Source: Octopus bimaculoides
Lineage: Eukaryota
Direction: 5' to 3'
Length of the DNA stretch: 64,000 bases
Assembly: GCF_001194135.2 (NCBI RefSeq)
Contig: NC_068993.1
Location: 2,435,840-2,499,839, forward strand
Position numbers and translations under genes: made by a program. This document shows positions 25,001 through 38,507 of this stretch, piece after piece; the stretch's first letter is position 1, and every line of letters starts with the position of its first letter. The notes under the pieces are model-generated. The model had not been told where the DNA came from. It worked only from the letters and a program-made list of their open reading frames with translations, and did not search any database.

Positions 25001-26396
25001 TTTTTAGAAATTAGCATGCTGCATAGAGATGGGTTGCAGCTTTTAGCTGCCCTATAGCCAACGACAAGGAAGTTGATAATTATTTAGTGTTTAGTTAATT
25101 AGACCACAAAATTACCGTATGATGAGAATTAGTGTTTGTAATTATGTCACTAATTGTTTAATTGTGATGGTGAGAGGATGAGGTGGCGAAGAGTTCATTA
25201 AGATTGCAGGAAAACTGAGAAAAGAGAGAAAGGGGGAATGTTGTGAGTGTTGGGGAGAAAGGCGGGGAAAGGGAAAGAGATATAGAAATGGAGGAGGCAA
25301 TGAGTTATATATAGAAAGAGAATTATACGAAACCTTTTTGTCCTTTGAGTATCTTTAATTAGAATATACGCCATATATTGAAGGATTGCTGTTTTTGGCC
25401 AAACAGAGGTCGGTATACTTATCTCAGAATTGTTATCTTGCAAATCTGAGTTCACATAAGGACATCAAATTAAATTATCTCGAGATTCTTCTGGAGAAAA
25501 CTTGGCTAAAACGACAATATCTCGAGAATGTTAGGTGTAGTTATTTGCATTCCATTCGTAATACTACTCCGTTAGACCCTGAATTTTGGGGTAGGTGTCA
25601 AAGAGCTTTATTGGTTTCCTTGCCATAAATCGTTATGTTTTAAATATGCTGAGGTTGTGATAAGAAGTTTCTCAGGAGAAGAGATCAATAATATAGATCT
25701 ATATTTTCCGTGCAAATTTAACTAACGCGTTAATTTATAAAGTTTAATTTTCATTCTCCAATAAATGACAACTAAATACTAACATATATAACCGGTATGG
25801 ATGAAGTAGCCAGTAAAAAATGACTCTTATAACTGTTTAGATTTATGAAAACGTAATTTATGAATAGTATTGAAATCAAAAATAAATACATCTCATATTT
25901 TATAAAATCTGACTGCTATAGTTTGAGAAGGCCATCGATTAACGTGTGCATTCTTGCACACAATGTTCATAGGTTTATTATAACACATAAGCATATTTAT
26001 TCGGATTTTGCCAAAGGGTTGACGATGTAAAAACTTTAGATTTTTAATACATACACTTGAAGCGGGATTAGATTAAAATAACAATGCATGCATCATTTGT
26101 CATATACACGAACGCCACTTCTTTCGGACGACTACATAGAATTTTCTAAAATAAAATGATCAAAATTTTATGTAATTTATACGGGTGAAAAATATAACAG
26201 TTCACGAGAAATCTTTACAGGAACAACTGCGAGAAGTTTTTTTAAGCAACAAGTTTTGTAGAAACCAGAATTTCAAGGAAAGTTTTTTAGAATTCTTTAC
26301 AAGCTTCAAAACATACTCAATGTGTTCTCAGTTAATCTGTGAAATCTTCTATTGAATATAAGTGCTCTCACTTTCTCTTTCTCTCTCTCTCCCTCC

Positions 26397-26457
<61 letters not shown>

Positions 26458-26494
26458 GTCTTTCATTATTTCTCTGAGAGAGAATTTCTTGAAA

Positions 26495-26695
26495 ACATGG
26501 AGATTGAGAAGCACTAACAACAGGAAAGGGTTACATCGATTAAATAAATCCGATATTTAACTGGTACTCATTTTATCGACCCCGAAAGGATGAAAGGAAA
26601 AGATGAATTCGGTGAGGTTTGAATTCAGAATGTAAAGAGCCGGAAGAAATGCTGCTCAGCATTTTGTCCGGCTCATTGGCGATTCCGCTATCTCA
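26495..26695 (-). mobile_element. SINE family A
   Basis: actggtactcattttatcgaccccgaaaggatgaaagg...tttgaattcagaatgtaaag...gcattttgtccgg. Confidence 0.88.
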
Positions 26696-26904
26696 ATAAT
26701 AATTAAATACTTACTTAGTCACAAATCGAGAAAGTAGTGGAGGGTAGTACAAAAAACAGAGAGGTGTAGGAGGAGATAGAAAAACAGAAGAAAGAGGAGG
26801 AGGAGAAGAAGAAGAAGAAATAGATGATGATGATGATGATGAAAAATGAAATAAGAAGAGAAGGAAGGAACACTAGTAGTGCCACCCCTACAACAACAAC
26901 AAAT

Positions 26905-26923
26905 ACTACTACTACTACTACTG

Positions 26924-26982
<59 letters not shown>
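26905..26982. repeat. (CTA)n microsatellite
   Basis: Visible directly. Confidence 0.95.
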
Positions 26983-26983
<1 letters not shown>

Positions 26984-27896
26984 TAAGACAGAAGAAGTCT
27001 TACTAGTGATAATGATCCAGAAACCAAGTTGGAGAGAAAGGGACTAGAAAGAAATGTAGCTTTGGTGCCAAGAGCTGCAGTATGATAAATGTAATATTTA
27101 TAGATTATGAATAAGGTTTCATGATAAACCCGTATTTTATATACATTCTACTAAATAACTGCATAATATAGCAGCATCGTAACTTCCACATATTTGGATT
27201 GTAAATCTACCGAATTCATGAGGTGTTTGTCTCCTTTATTTAAACAAAAATTCATTCAGCAGGTATTGAGTTATCTACCCTTTAACTATTAGATTAGCTA
27301 TGATAATAATTCTGTCCACCATTTCAGCAATGATGATAATAATTCAATTGTATATCTCCCTTTCAGATATGTGTGCGTAAAAATATTTTTGTGGTTTCAG
27401 AAATGTTTTTTGTAACATTGCCAAGCGAAACCAGAACCATTTTAAGAAAGATACTTCAGAGAAATTCTAGTAAACTAGGTGTGTGTTTTTGTTCCAGTAA
27501 TCTATATTAGATTTTGGTTTCGTTCATTTATTTATTATTTTCTTATATGATTCCTTCGGAATTACAATACAATCAAATTATTGTGTTAAGAATTAAATTG
27601 TTAGGAGATAGTTGTTACAGATGTATATTATTATTGTTGTTGTTGTTCAAATCTTTGTGAGATTTATCGTAATCTAATCTGCAAACAAATATTGTGCACT
27701 CCTTTCTAACATTGTCTTTTTTATTGAACACATTTTTGTTATTGTTATTGTTGTTGTTGTTGTTATAATGAAGCTATTTATTACTTCTTTTAGTTTATAT
27801 GAATGACGAGAAAAATATCCCTGATTAGTAAAATTAGACATTCATATAAAGAACATCGGTACTGATTCAATTGAACAAAAGGGGTTCGACCCCTCC

Positions 27897-27939
<43 letters not shown>

Positions 27940-29310
27940 AAAATATATATATAGTTAACTCTGTATATAAAACGTGTAGGAATAGAACCACTTCATCTCG
28001 ATTATATTTGTACGGCATCATAGTGTGGGAACTTGTGTTTTATACACAGGAATATCAAAATATGAACACGAAATAATAAACGGAATTACGAACGCACCTA
28101 AAATATGCATCAGAAACAAATGTAAGTCTGCGACGCTCAAATATGTAGATCCCATTATCTATGCCCTTTCTTGTATATTTCTCTGTCAAAACATTCCATC
28201 GTAACAGGGGAATGGATTTACAAAGTCGACTGGCGGCGGACATCAACTTCGCATCTTGCCTTACGATTACTTGGGGTTCTATACCCGTCAGAAAAAAACT
28301 TTTTTTAGCCTGATGTATTTGTATTAGCAGACAGCTTAAGAGATATATTGCACAGATTGATATTCCTTTATTGACATCTCTTTATATATGTACACATGTG
28401 CACGCGCGCGCACACACACGCATATATACGTATGTAAAACGCTTTTGTGTGGAACGTATTTTAATGTGAGTACAAACACTTGTAATTGAAAAAGAAAAGT
28501 AATCTTCCTCCTCCTCCTCCTCCTCCTTCTCCTCCTCCTCCTCCTCATTATTATTACTTTTACTTTCACTATGGTCAGAAACCGTTGTTGTTGTTATTAT
28601 TATTGTCATTATATTCCTTTCATTCTGATCTATCTCATTCTAGCTTCTAGGTTCTTAATTCTCTTCTCCTTTGCTTCTGTTTTCTGTCTTCTTCTTCCCG
28701 ATTTCCTTCCTTTAGCTTCTTCTTTTCCCCTCTCCTCCCACCACCCATCATTATATTCCTCCATGTATCTATTATAATCTCCACCCTAGCTATTACCAAT
28801 AACGTCAACACCAAGCGCACAATCACCAACCACGTCATCGTACTTCCAGTTTCATGATTATCATAATCGTAATCCCTATAATTAGTGCTTTGCCACTATC
28901 ACCACCATCATCATTATCATCACCGCCATCATCAGCAACAGCAACATATTTATATTCATATTATTCTTTAATAGCTATGTTGACGCCATGAATGCAACAG
29001 ATGTCAGAATGACATCATCTTCAGGTACCGCGGTTGATGTTTAATAAATAAATAACTTTATAAATTATAACATTGCTGTCATCTTGAATACAAGATCCTC
29101 TCTTCCTGCAGTTCACATTGTTGATCATTCTTTAATTATTCCGGCACTTGTCATCTGCTGAATATATTTCTTAACTTTTTTCTTTTATTTCTTTTAGTTG
29201 ACCTAAATGCTGTTTTTATACAATTCATCAGGTGAAAGAGGTCGAAGTCTCTTTGAAACCAATGAAATGAGCTTCACTAAGTTTGTTTAGAATATTTGGA
29301 AGTATTATAA

Positions 29311-29522
29311 GGCGTTGACTCTGCAGAATCATTAGTACGCCGAACAAAATGATTATCTGCATTTCATCCGTCTTTACATTTTAAGTTCAAATTTCTCCAA
29401 GGTCGTCTTTGCCTTTCATTCTTTCGGGTTCGATAAAATAAGTCCCAATTGAGCACTAGAATTGAGGAAAACGGCTCACTCCTTCCTCTGAATTGCCCGC
29501 CTTGTGTCAAAATTTGAAATCG
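29311..29522 (+). mobile_element. SINE family A, full length, diverged
   Basis: A-box-like tgcagaatcattagt, aagttcaaatt, gcctttcattctttcgggttcgataaaataagt, aaatttgaaatc. Confidence 0.85.
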
Positions 29523-29745
29523 GTGTTTCCAAATGTTAGTTTGAAAACTGACTTAGTAGGCAGAGAGAGAATTCTAGAGTCTTCATGCAGTGGGGTGACA
29601 ATATGGACATAAAGTATTAACCTCTGGGGAAATGGAGATGAGGAGAAAGATGAAATGAACAGGGACGGCTGATTTGGGAGTAAATCGACAAAGGTGGTGG
29701 GAGACCAGCCACATCCAAGGAATATGAGGCCTAGTACGTCATATA

Positions 29746-29810
29746 CCCGTCGCGTAGTGGTTAAGATCGCGGGCTGCTAACTGCAAGATTCCGAGTTCGA
29801 TTCCAAGCAG
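29746..29810 (+). pseudogene. tRNA-derived head (A and B boxes) without a recognisable body
   Basis: A box gcgtagtggttaag, B box gagttcgattcc, ctgctaa loop-like segment; acceptor and anticodon stems do not pair properly. Confidence 0.7.
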
Positions 29811-29965
29811 TGTTCTTAAAAGTACATGCAATTCGAAGGTTCATAAAACGTCATGAAGAATTCCCTTCAACGTTACATTATGGCAGCAAATTTTAATGAA
29901 ATGCTAATCCAGAATATATTTTATATAGAGGGATACTAATACCTTACGTTATTGGCTTGTATATT

Positions 29966-29998
<33 letters not shown>

Positions 29999-30577
29999 AT
30001 ACTATAATCAGTATTTGAGAATCGTATATTATAAATGGGGGCTAAATTCCAAAGGAAACTAGAATGTTGTGCCCCTGAAATTACGAGTTCGAACATTTAT
30101 CTTGTTCCATTTTCCGAATACTTTACATTATGAAGTAACAAAAAAGCCTCAACATTTTCATCCGGCTTCCTAGAAATACCAGCTAAATTCCCTTCTGTCA
30201 CAATCTTGTAGCTTTAAAAAAAGACGGTGTCGATGAATAATGCCTGAAAAATATTATGATTGTAATGTCTTTAATTATATGTCTGTTCATACAGGACTAA
30301 CCCGTGGTTAAACAAAACAAAATCAACGGTATTTACGAAGTTTGGAATGGAATCCTTAAATCTCAACAGCCCAAGATGTCCATACATCGCATCCACGTCC
30401 AGGGAGATGGTAACCACTCAAGTGTCACAGCTAATAATTGGATACAGCTGCAAGAAGCATTCAATTATAAAAAGGAATAGAAATGGCATTTTTAGCACGT
30501 TTTCATTTCTGCGATTTTTCGTTTTTATTTTCAATACACAAACATACGGAGAGAGGAGAGAGAAAGATAGAATGGTT

Positions 30578-30620
<43 letters not shown>

Positions 30621-31382
30621 GCACACTTGTTCAAGATTCTACTATTCTATTTCGTTAGCGCAAGAAATGTCGAGTTCTTAATACTGGCCAATCCACTTTC
30701 GCCACTGGCCCCTATTTGTTTTAAGTTCAGCAAACTCATTAAATCTAATTCTGCTTCATCCAGCAAGATCATAATTAAACTCTTGAATCGTATGACTTTC
30801 GAAAGTCTCCTTGAAACCGATTAGATTTTGTGGCGTGATTTTTGCGATTCAAAAAACTGTCAAACCATTTTAAACATGTTATGTGCATCTAAAACTTTTA
30901 GCTGTTCTACACAGTGTAGAAATAATTATACATTATCATTTAAGATTTAGAGATTTATAATATATGGTATTATAAGCAGATCAGTTTGAGAGTGAGAGAG
31001 AAATAAAAATTGCTCTGCCAAACGAAGACACTTCATTTAAATAATCTCAATCCGTCTCTAACGCTATAACATCGAGTTATTATACACGATATCTTTTTAT
31101 TATGATATTTCGTCGTTTGATATTGTCTTGCATGACTTGGGCCCACGTGGCTAATAAAAGGAAGTATCACCATCAACATCATCATCATCATCATCATCAT
31201 CATTATCAAGGTTGATATTATTATCATAATTATTATTATAGCTGTCATTTTCCGATTGATTTGCATTTTATTTCAACTTTTGACCGGGTCTCAACCAGAA
31301 ATCTAAGGTAAGTATATATTAGATGGAAAGAAACTTCCCGAGAAGGTGGGTTATTGATGACAACACAACACAGTTATTATCA

Positions 31383-31426
<44 letters not shown>

Positions 31427-31443
31427 TATTATTATTATTACAT

Positions 31444-31580
31444 TAGCTCCAGTGCTGAACTAGTACTTATTTTATCGTACCCAAAGGACCAAGGACAATG
31501 TCGACCTCAGTGGAATTTGAACTCAGAACGTAAAGACAGACAAAATACGACTAGGCACATTGTCCGGCGTGCTTCTGCCT
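31444..31580 (-). mobile_element. SINE family A, 3'-truncated
   Basis: gtacttattttatcg...gtcgacctcagtggaatttgaactcagaacgtaaagacagac. Confidence 0.85.
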
Positions 31581-31611
31581 GATCGCTGCCTTTGGTGAGC
31601 AATGATACTAA

Positions 31612-31815
31612 GTTCAAATTTTGGCACAAGACCAGCAATTTCCAGGAGAGGGGTTTAAGTCGATTATATTGACTCCAGCGTTCAATTGGTACTTATTTTA
31701 TCGATCCCAAGAGAAACAAAAGCAGAGTCAACCTTGGTGGAAGTTGAACTCAGAACATGAAGACGGACGAAATGCTGCTGTACGGTGTGCTAACGATTCT
31801 GCCAGCTCGCCGCCA
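31612..31815 (-). mobile_element. SINE family A, full length
   Basis: Starts ggcggcgagctggcagaatcgttag (A box) and ends cttgtgccaaaatttgaac on the minus strand. Confidence 0.9.
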
Positions 31816-34699
31816 TATAATGTAAAATAAATTTTTAAAAACCGTAGGTCAAAGACCGATTCCTAATGTTTTGCCATTTATATTAGCCTGATTAGCATAT
31901 TTTAGATAAGAAGGAGTATAATCCATTCTCCCCGATCTCTTATATTTAGACCATCAGCTGAGCTATTGTTGTTAAATTAATAGGGTAATAAATTGTTGTT
32001 AAGAAATGGCCAAAGTGCATTGTATAGATTTCCTTATTGTTGTTGTTGTTATGGCCGTTGCTGGTAAAACAAATAACCATTGAATCGATTAGAAATGGCA
32101 TATATATCAATCATACTCGATATTCTGATATGGATCATACATCCAATATTTTATATTATATATTTCTCACCTCCCCAGTTCATTCTAGGATGAATAAATG
32201 GATATTAAATCAATGCTGTTATTGTTGTATGCTCTTATCAGATCCGCACACTTAATCCACAATTCCAGCAGCTCCTCTTATGCGAATATATAATGCTTAG
32301 TTGGTCATGGAGGTGGTAAATTGACAGAAGTTTTGCAATGCTGAGCAAATTGATTTGCTTTATCGGATGTTCTCTGTTCAGATCCGGTCCAGATGAATTT
32401 TATGTTTTCACTCTTCCGAGGTCATTAAAATAAAGCACCAGTCCACGTGGTTTATTGAGAGAATCTTAAAACAGAACGGATTAAGGGGTGGTGTGGTGTC
32501 GTTTGCATCCTGGTGGCACAGAAAGGGAAGGGTGTTATGTCGGTTGAACGTGGGTGTTTGGCTTCTGCTCTACGTTTAAGCATCGGTATCTTGTTCTAAG
32601 TTTAAAACAGAATCTTTGGAGCTGCAAGCATATACGTTCCAGTTTCGAAGAATTACAGGGAGAAAGAGACGGAGAGAGAGAGAGGGGGAGGGGAGAGTAA
32701 GAGAAAGGGAAGTGAATGATAGAGAGAGGGAGTGGTGTATAGTATTTCCTAAAATTGAATCCTGGCCCAGTACGGTCTGGGTTCAAATTGGTGGTGATGA
32801 TGATGATGTAAATAAATTTATCATAATTTAACATTTCAAACCGAAGCGCATTGATTGTCTGAAGAGTAAGCTTTGGAATCTAATAACCTCCGTAACGAAA
32901 CTACTTTTACTCAAGTCACAAAACAGAGAATCCAATATCATGTTATCAAGAAGGTGTTTTAGTTTGTTCTATTCATGACTAATCCAGGATGTGTTGTAGA
33001 TTTCCTCTGACGAATGTTTGTTTGTTGTTATTTTTAGAGGATGTCATCATTTATCACTTTGGTCACGCAACTATTTGTTAAAGCAACTCTTTTGTGAAGA
33101 TCTTCTGAATTGAACGACGCCACGATAGCAAAAGTGATGATCATGAGAAAATATAGTTCATTTAGCAGCTAATGAATTCCTAATTTCTTTACGTCTTTAT
33201 TTCACTCATTCTTTAACCCTGAAGACAAAATTGTGTTTTAAAACTGAAACACTCCTATGCTATAGTCCAACTGTGAAATTCTACTAAAATATAGAATTTA
33301 TAATCTCTTCATTGACAACAAAATAAGTTATTTCTATATTTTTCGTAAGTTTTTTTTCTTGGTTGCTGGAATTCAGAGCAACTGTTTATCGTTAAAAACA
33401 TTCAGTTTCTTTCAGGTGAAATCTCTGATGTAGTTTCAAATTTTGTAGGTTTATATTCCACTTAATTTTACTTGGAGCTATTGCTTTTCAATCTAAATAA
33501 GCAAGGCATTTAATCACGTGAGCTACAACATACTAAATTTCTCAACCACTGAGGGAACTTCAAAACAGTACGATCCTCCGTATATTTTAAAGAGAAAATG
33601 TTCAGAATGCGCATATATACCGTCAAAACGTTTATTATATTTACAATATTTTTTTACGCAAAACGTACACACATACACATGTATAAAACACATATACACA
33701 TATTTTCAAGGTAACGCTCCAGCATGGCCACAAAAGAATAAATATAAATGCATATATAAAAATGATTTACTATCCTCTTTCTGGGTCTGACTAACCATTA
33801 GCACGAAGAATATCCGGCTTCGTTATCTTTGATTTGTATCTCCTTGTTTCATACTCCACCATCAGTAGTTTTGATGGAAATATCATTTTGTGAATTATTA
33901 TTGAAAGAAAACCATTTATGATACTGTAAAACCTAATGAAAACGTTATTATTCAACCGCTATTATGTCATTTTGCTGCCTCTCACCAAAATGTCAAAATT
34001 ATTTCGCAACTATTTAATTTTTTTCCTGAAATATTGAGCAGTTTGTTCTTTTAATTTTGCTTTTCCCTCAATATGTTTATTTAGGTTTTCTTCATATTTC
34101 CCTTTAAAACTTCAAACCAAACCTTTTGTAATTCTTTTGTAATTCTTTTCATAAAGTCAATGCTGTATTTCCCCTGTTATTTTATTTTTAATTATTCCCT
34201 TAATGTTAACATTGGCAGAAAAACAAAATCAATAATCACATATTACAGAACCTTCAAGACATGCCAATATTACCATAATGAATCTCATAGAATCAAAGCT
34301 TTATTAGAAAACATTACAAAAATCTCAAAATATTTTCCCTGAAAAGCCAGTTTTTTTTAAAGGTGGAACAATTCTTCATTATGAATTAATTGAGCATATT
34401 CTGCTGTTAACATTGATTCGCTGATATTGCACTGATTATTTGAAATTCTTCAACTCAATAATGTCATAATATGTTAAAATTCTCAATTAGATAAGATATC
34501 AGTAAAGAGGAATTTAATAGTAAAATATAGCTTCCGGTGATGATCAATTTACTTTCTTCTGTCAGTAATATTTTTAGTACAACAAAGAGTTCAGATCTTA
34601 TGCTTTCCTCTCACTCTGTGTATCGTTATATCTCTCTATGTCTCTATGACATACTTTATTTCTTGTTGCTTATTAAAGTTCCAAGATTAAAATAAACAT

Positions 34700-35250
34700 A
34701 AATTACAACAATTAATATGCCACGAGGAAGCAATTTCCAGCATTTCGAACAATTGTCGTTCGGTGTGAGAAAAGTTTACGTATGTCAACAGCTAATTTCT
34801 AACGCTTTCTCCGTATATTTTTCATCTGAAATATTATTGGTTCTGTCAAAACATTATTCTTTGCTTTCTACGTCTTTGGAATGACCAAATATATTCTAGT
34901 GCTTGTGCATCAGTCTGCTAATCTATCTCATATTAACTGTTTAGTGTCGACATTCCCTCTAGCAAAGGCTGGGAACTGGTTGTAGATAATGTCTTTGCTT
35001 TCAAATACCACAATATTTCTTCCTTTTTTTTACGCTTATAAATGTATTTCGTCTTGTCACATTTATAGCTGTTGTGAGCATAACTTCCTCTAACTGGTTC
35101 TCATCCAGACAGAACTCGTTTTGATTCGTCTATATTTTATCACTATCTTTGCCTATCATAAACTTAGATGGAGCGTTTTCGAATTAAAGATATTTCACCC
35201 GTTGAATTTATGCCAGATTTCACTTTGTTAGATAATAGTATCCATAAAAC
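34700..35250 (+). mobile_element. Possible ancient LINE RT relic
   Basis: Degenerate YV...AF.SV, G.R.GC.LSP..F...IN and F.D..VLI-like motifs in RT order. Confidence 0.3.
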
Positions 35251-35345
35251 TCCGTAACTTCTACCCTGGCCTTTCTATTGCTTGCTAAAGACGGTAATAC
35301 ACAGCTGCACATATGTATGCGGAAACAGCCACTAAAAAGATTATG

Positions 35346-35384
<39 letters not shown>

Positions 35385-35627
35385 NNNNNNNNNNNNNNNN
35401 NNNNNNNNNNNNNNNNNNNNNNNNNNNNNNNNNNNNNNNNNNNNNNNNNNNNNNNNNNNNNNNNNNNNNNNNNNNNNNNNNNNNNNNNNNNNNNNNNNNN
35501 NNNNNNNNNNNNNNNNNNNNNNNNNNNNNNNNNNNNNNNNNNNNNNNNNNNNNNNNNNNNNNNNNNNNNNNNNNNNNNNNNNNNNNNNNNNNNNNNNNNN
35601 NNNNNNNNNNNNNNNNNNNNNNNNNNN

Positions 35628-35697
<70 letters not shown>

Positions 35698-36204
35698 TGT
35701 GTATTGTGTGTGTGTATACATATATATATATATATATATATTATAGTTACATACATACATAGATATATACATAAACCGTACATCCGCGGTACAGTAACAT
35801 GTCTTTGTGGTATTGCGAAGAAAGATACATCCTGAATATCAATACTCCTTAATACAACTTGAACACTAATTTACAATGTTTTGGAGTATGTCACTACTTC
35901 CTTAGGTATATATTAATGCTGTAACAAACTACTATAAGATCAGTTGAGATGCTAAACCAAATGGATTTAATGAAAAACTCTTATATAAATCCTGGTGCAG
36001 AAGGTAAAGGGATTTATTTCCCTTCTGTAGCATAGTTAAGTTTTAGATGCTTACTCTTCGGCTCAAGCAGCATAAAAATATAAAAATCGTGAGTTCTTTT
36101 CTCCAATTGTGATCCAAAGCGCATAACGGGAAATAAAATCATTCAAAATGGCGTTTTGCAAACCATAAACGTAAAGGTATTCCCTGATGATCGCATAAAT
36201 TCCT

Positions 36205-36207
36205 AAA

Positions 36208-36288
<81 letters not shown>
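36205..36288. repeat. (ATT)n microsatellite
   Basis: Visible directly. Confidence 0.97.
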
Positions 36289-36291
<3 letters not shown>

Positions 36292-36479
36292 AACTGTCAA
36301 ATGGCGTGTAATGAAAACTTTGTTTCGTATTGTATCAATACATTTAATTACGTTACACGATACTGAACTTTCATAGTTATTCTTTTGACACCTGCTGATA
36401 ATCGTTACAGCATACATACATACATGCGTAAATACATACGTACATACATATGCATATGCATACACATATATATGCATAC

Positions 36480-36516
<37 letters not shown>

Positions 36517-36851
36517 NNNNNNNNNNNNNNNNNNNNNNNNNNNNNNNNNNNNNNNNNNNNNNNNNNNNNNNNNNNNNNNNNNNNNNNNNNNNNNNNNNNN
36601 NNNNNNNNNNNNNNNNNNNNNNNNNNNNNNNNNNNNNNNNNNNNNNNNNNNNNNNNNNNNNNNNNNNNNNNNNNNNNNNNNNNNNNNNNNNNNNNNNNNN
36701 NNNNNNNNNNNNNNNNNNNNNNNNNNNNNNNNNNNNNNNNNNNNNNNNNNNNNNNNNNNNNNNNNNNNNNNNNNNNNNNNNNNNNNNNNNNNNTATATAT
36801 ATATATATATATATATAGTAGAAAAAAAGGAGGAGGAAAATTTCGATTATT

Positions 36852-36885
<34 letters not shown>

Positions 36886-37071
36886 CATGTGTGTGTGTGT
36901 GTGTGTGTGTACGTATGTAAGTATATACAAGCATGCACGTATTTAGTCTTTATACGTTTCGGTGCAGTCATATCTCACCGAAAGGCGAAAAAACATAAAG
37001 TTTGGAAATGTTTTTTTTCCCTAACACACTCGTGTTATAGTCATAAACTTTATATTCAACACCCTAACCCT

Positions 37072-37095
37072 AACCCTAACCCTAGCCACAGGAAT
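37072..37095 (+). repeat. (CCCTAA)3-CCCTAG telomere-like hexamer run
   Basis: ccctaaccctaaccctaaccctag. Confidence 0.9.
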
Positions 37096-37249
37096 AAAAA
37101 GATGTAACGTTAATAGTAAATGACTTATGTATAGTCATTTACGTAAAGGTGTTAATTTACACTGCATTATTGTCTTTCTTTACTCTTATGCTGAGATCTA
37201 AGCATTTTCAAAATGCTTAGTGGCATTTAATACAACTCTTGACGTTCTC

Positions 37250-37664
37250 AAATAAAACTTGATCTTAAATCAAGTGCCAGTTGAGTCCTGAAATCGGTGT
37301 CTCTGGGGGTAGTAGCTGTATGTTGACATGCAGCCACCATTTCTCTCTGATTTCCTACTACTCCTGGTGGATGACGTCTTTTTCCACTCAGGTAAGAATC
37401 CATGGGTCTGTTTGAATAGTCATTGCCTGTGAGGGCTTTACGAGGTCGGAGTGGAGATCCTACCTCAACCTCTTTTTGTCGCCTTTTGCGATACACAGGG
37501 GAAACGTCGGGTCTATTCTTTGACATGCTGCTCCTCATACAGCATTAAAGCAACGGGAAATGATGTGTTTTGTTCAAGACCACAACACACCGCCCCTGTG
37601 CGGGAATCGAACCCACGATAAGCCGATTGTGTCGGCAACACCCTAACTACTAGACCATGCGCCT
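37250..37664 (-). mobile_element. tRNA-headed SINE, family D-like head with a distinct body
   Basis: Minus strand A box tggtctagtagttag, B box gggttcgattccc, then gtggtcttgaacaaaacac (cf. gtgtccttcagcaagacac at 49876) and a GC-richer ~300-nt body. Confidence 0.75.
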
Positions 37665-37959
37665 ACAACGGGAAGAATTACAGTGTAACAAAATCTCAGT
37701 TGCTTGACCTTAACTACTTGAGCATGTCCGTTGGTGGCCGACAATATATATGTCTCTGATCACGAGCAGAAATAGTGAGGGAACATCGTAGTCATGTGTT
37801 GAGAGGGATTCTATGAGATTTGAATAAATGCAACAAAAATGAAGTTTCAAGGAAATATTAGCCATTTTACATATTTTCAAAGGGTAAGCAAATAAGAATT
37901 AACAGTTGCTACTCAAGGACAAGAATCGTGTTACACACTGCTATTATTATTAATAGCGA

Positions 37960-38125
37960 TGGTTCGTCTGTCTTTACGTTCTGAGTTTAAATTAATTCCT
38001 CCGAGATCGACTTCACCTTTCTTCCTTTTGGGGTCGATAAACTAAGTACCAGTTATGTACTGGGGTCGATGTAGTCAACTACTTCTTCCCCCATTTTCAG
38101 GCCTTGTGCCTATAATAGAATTATT
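37960..38125 (+). mobile_element. SINE family A
   Basis: gtctgtctttacgttctgagttt...ggggtcgataaactaagtaccag...ggccttgtgcctataatagaa. Confidence 0.9.
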
Positions 38126-38468
38126 AGTATCAGTGTCATTCGACATATGACAAGTAAATTTGGCAGTGTACTTTTGTAACTAACCTTGATAGCAGGAAAT
38201 ACGGTACACAATGATTTAATGTTTCGCAAATTTGTCGCCTCGTATACAAAATGATTAAATCAACATTAATTTTCATACGGAAAATATTTATTATCGTAAA
38301 ATAAAATGAAATTAAATAAATTACTCACTTGTATAACTTCTCCCGTGAATATCCTAAGATTTATACCCTGTTTCGCTTCCTGCCATCAAGCCTCGTATCT
38401 CCATTCATCTAGCACCACTAATGTTAATTATTCCTGTACCTACCTCCCATTCTCTCTCTCTCTCTCAC

Positions 38469-38507
<39 letters not shown>

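Noticed and set aside
37248-37538. 96-aa ORF
   Set aside because: Lies inside a SINE body; no protein similarity recognised.
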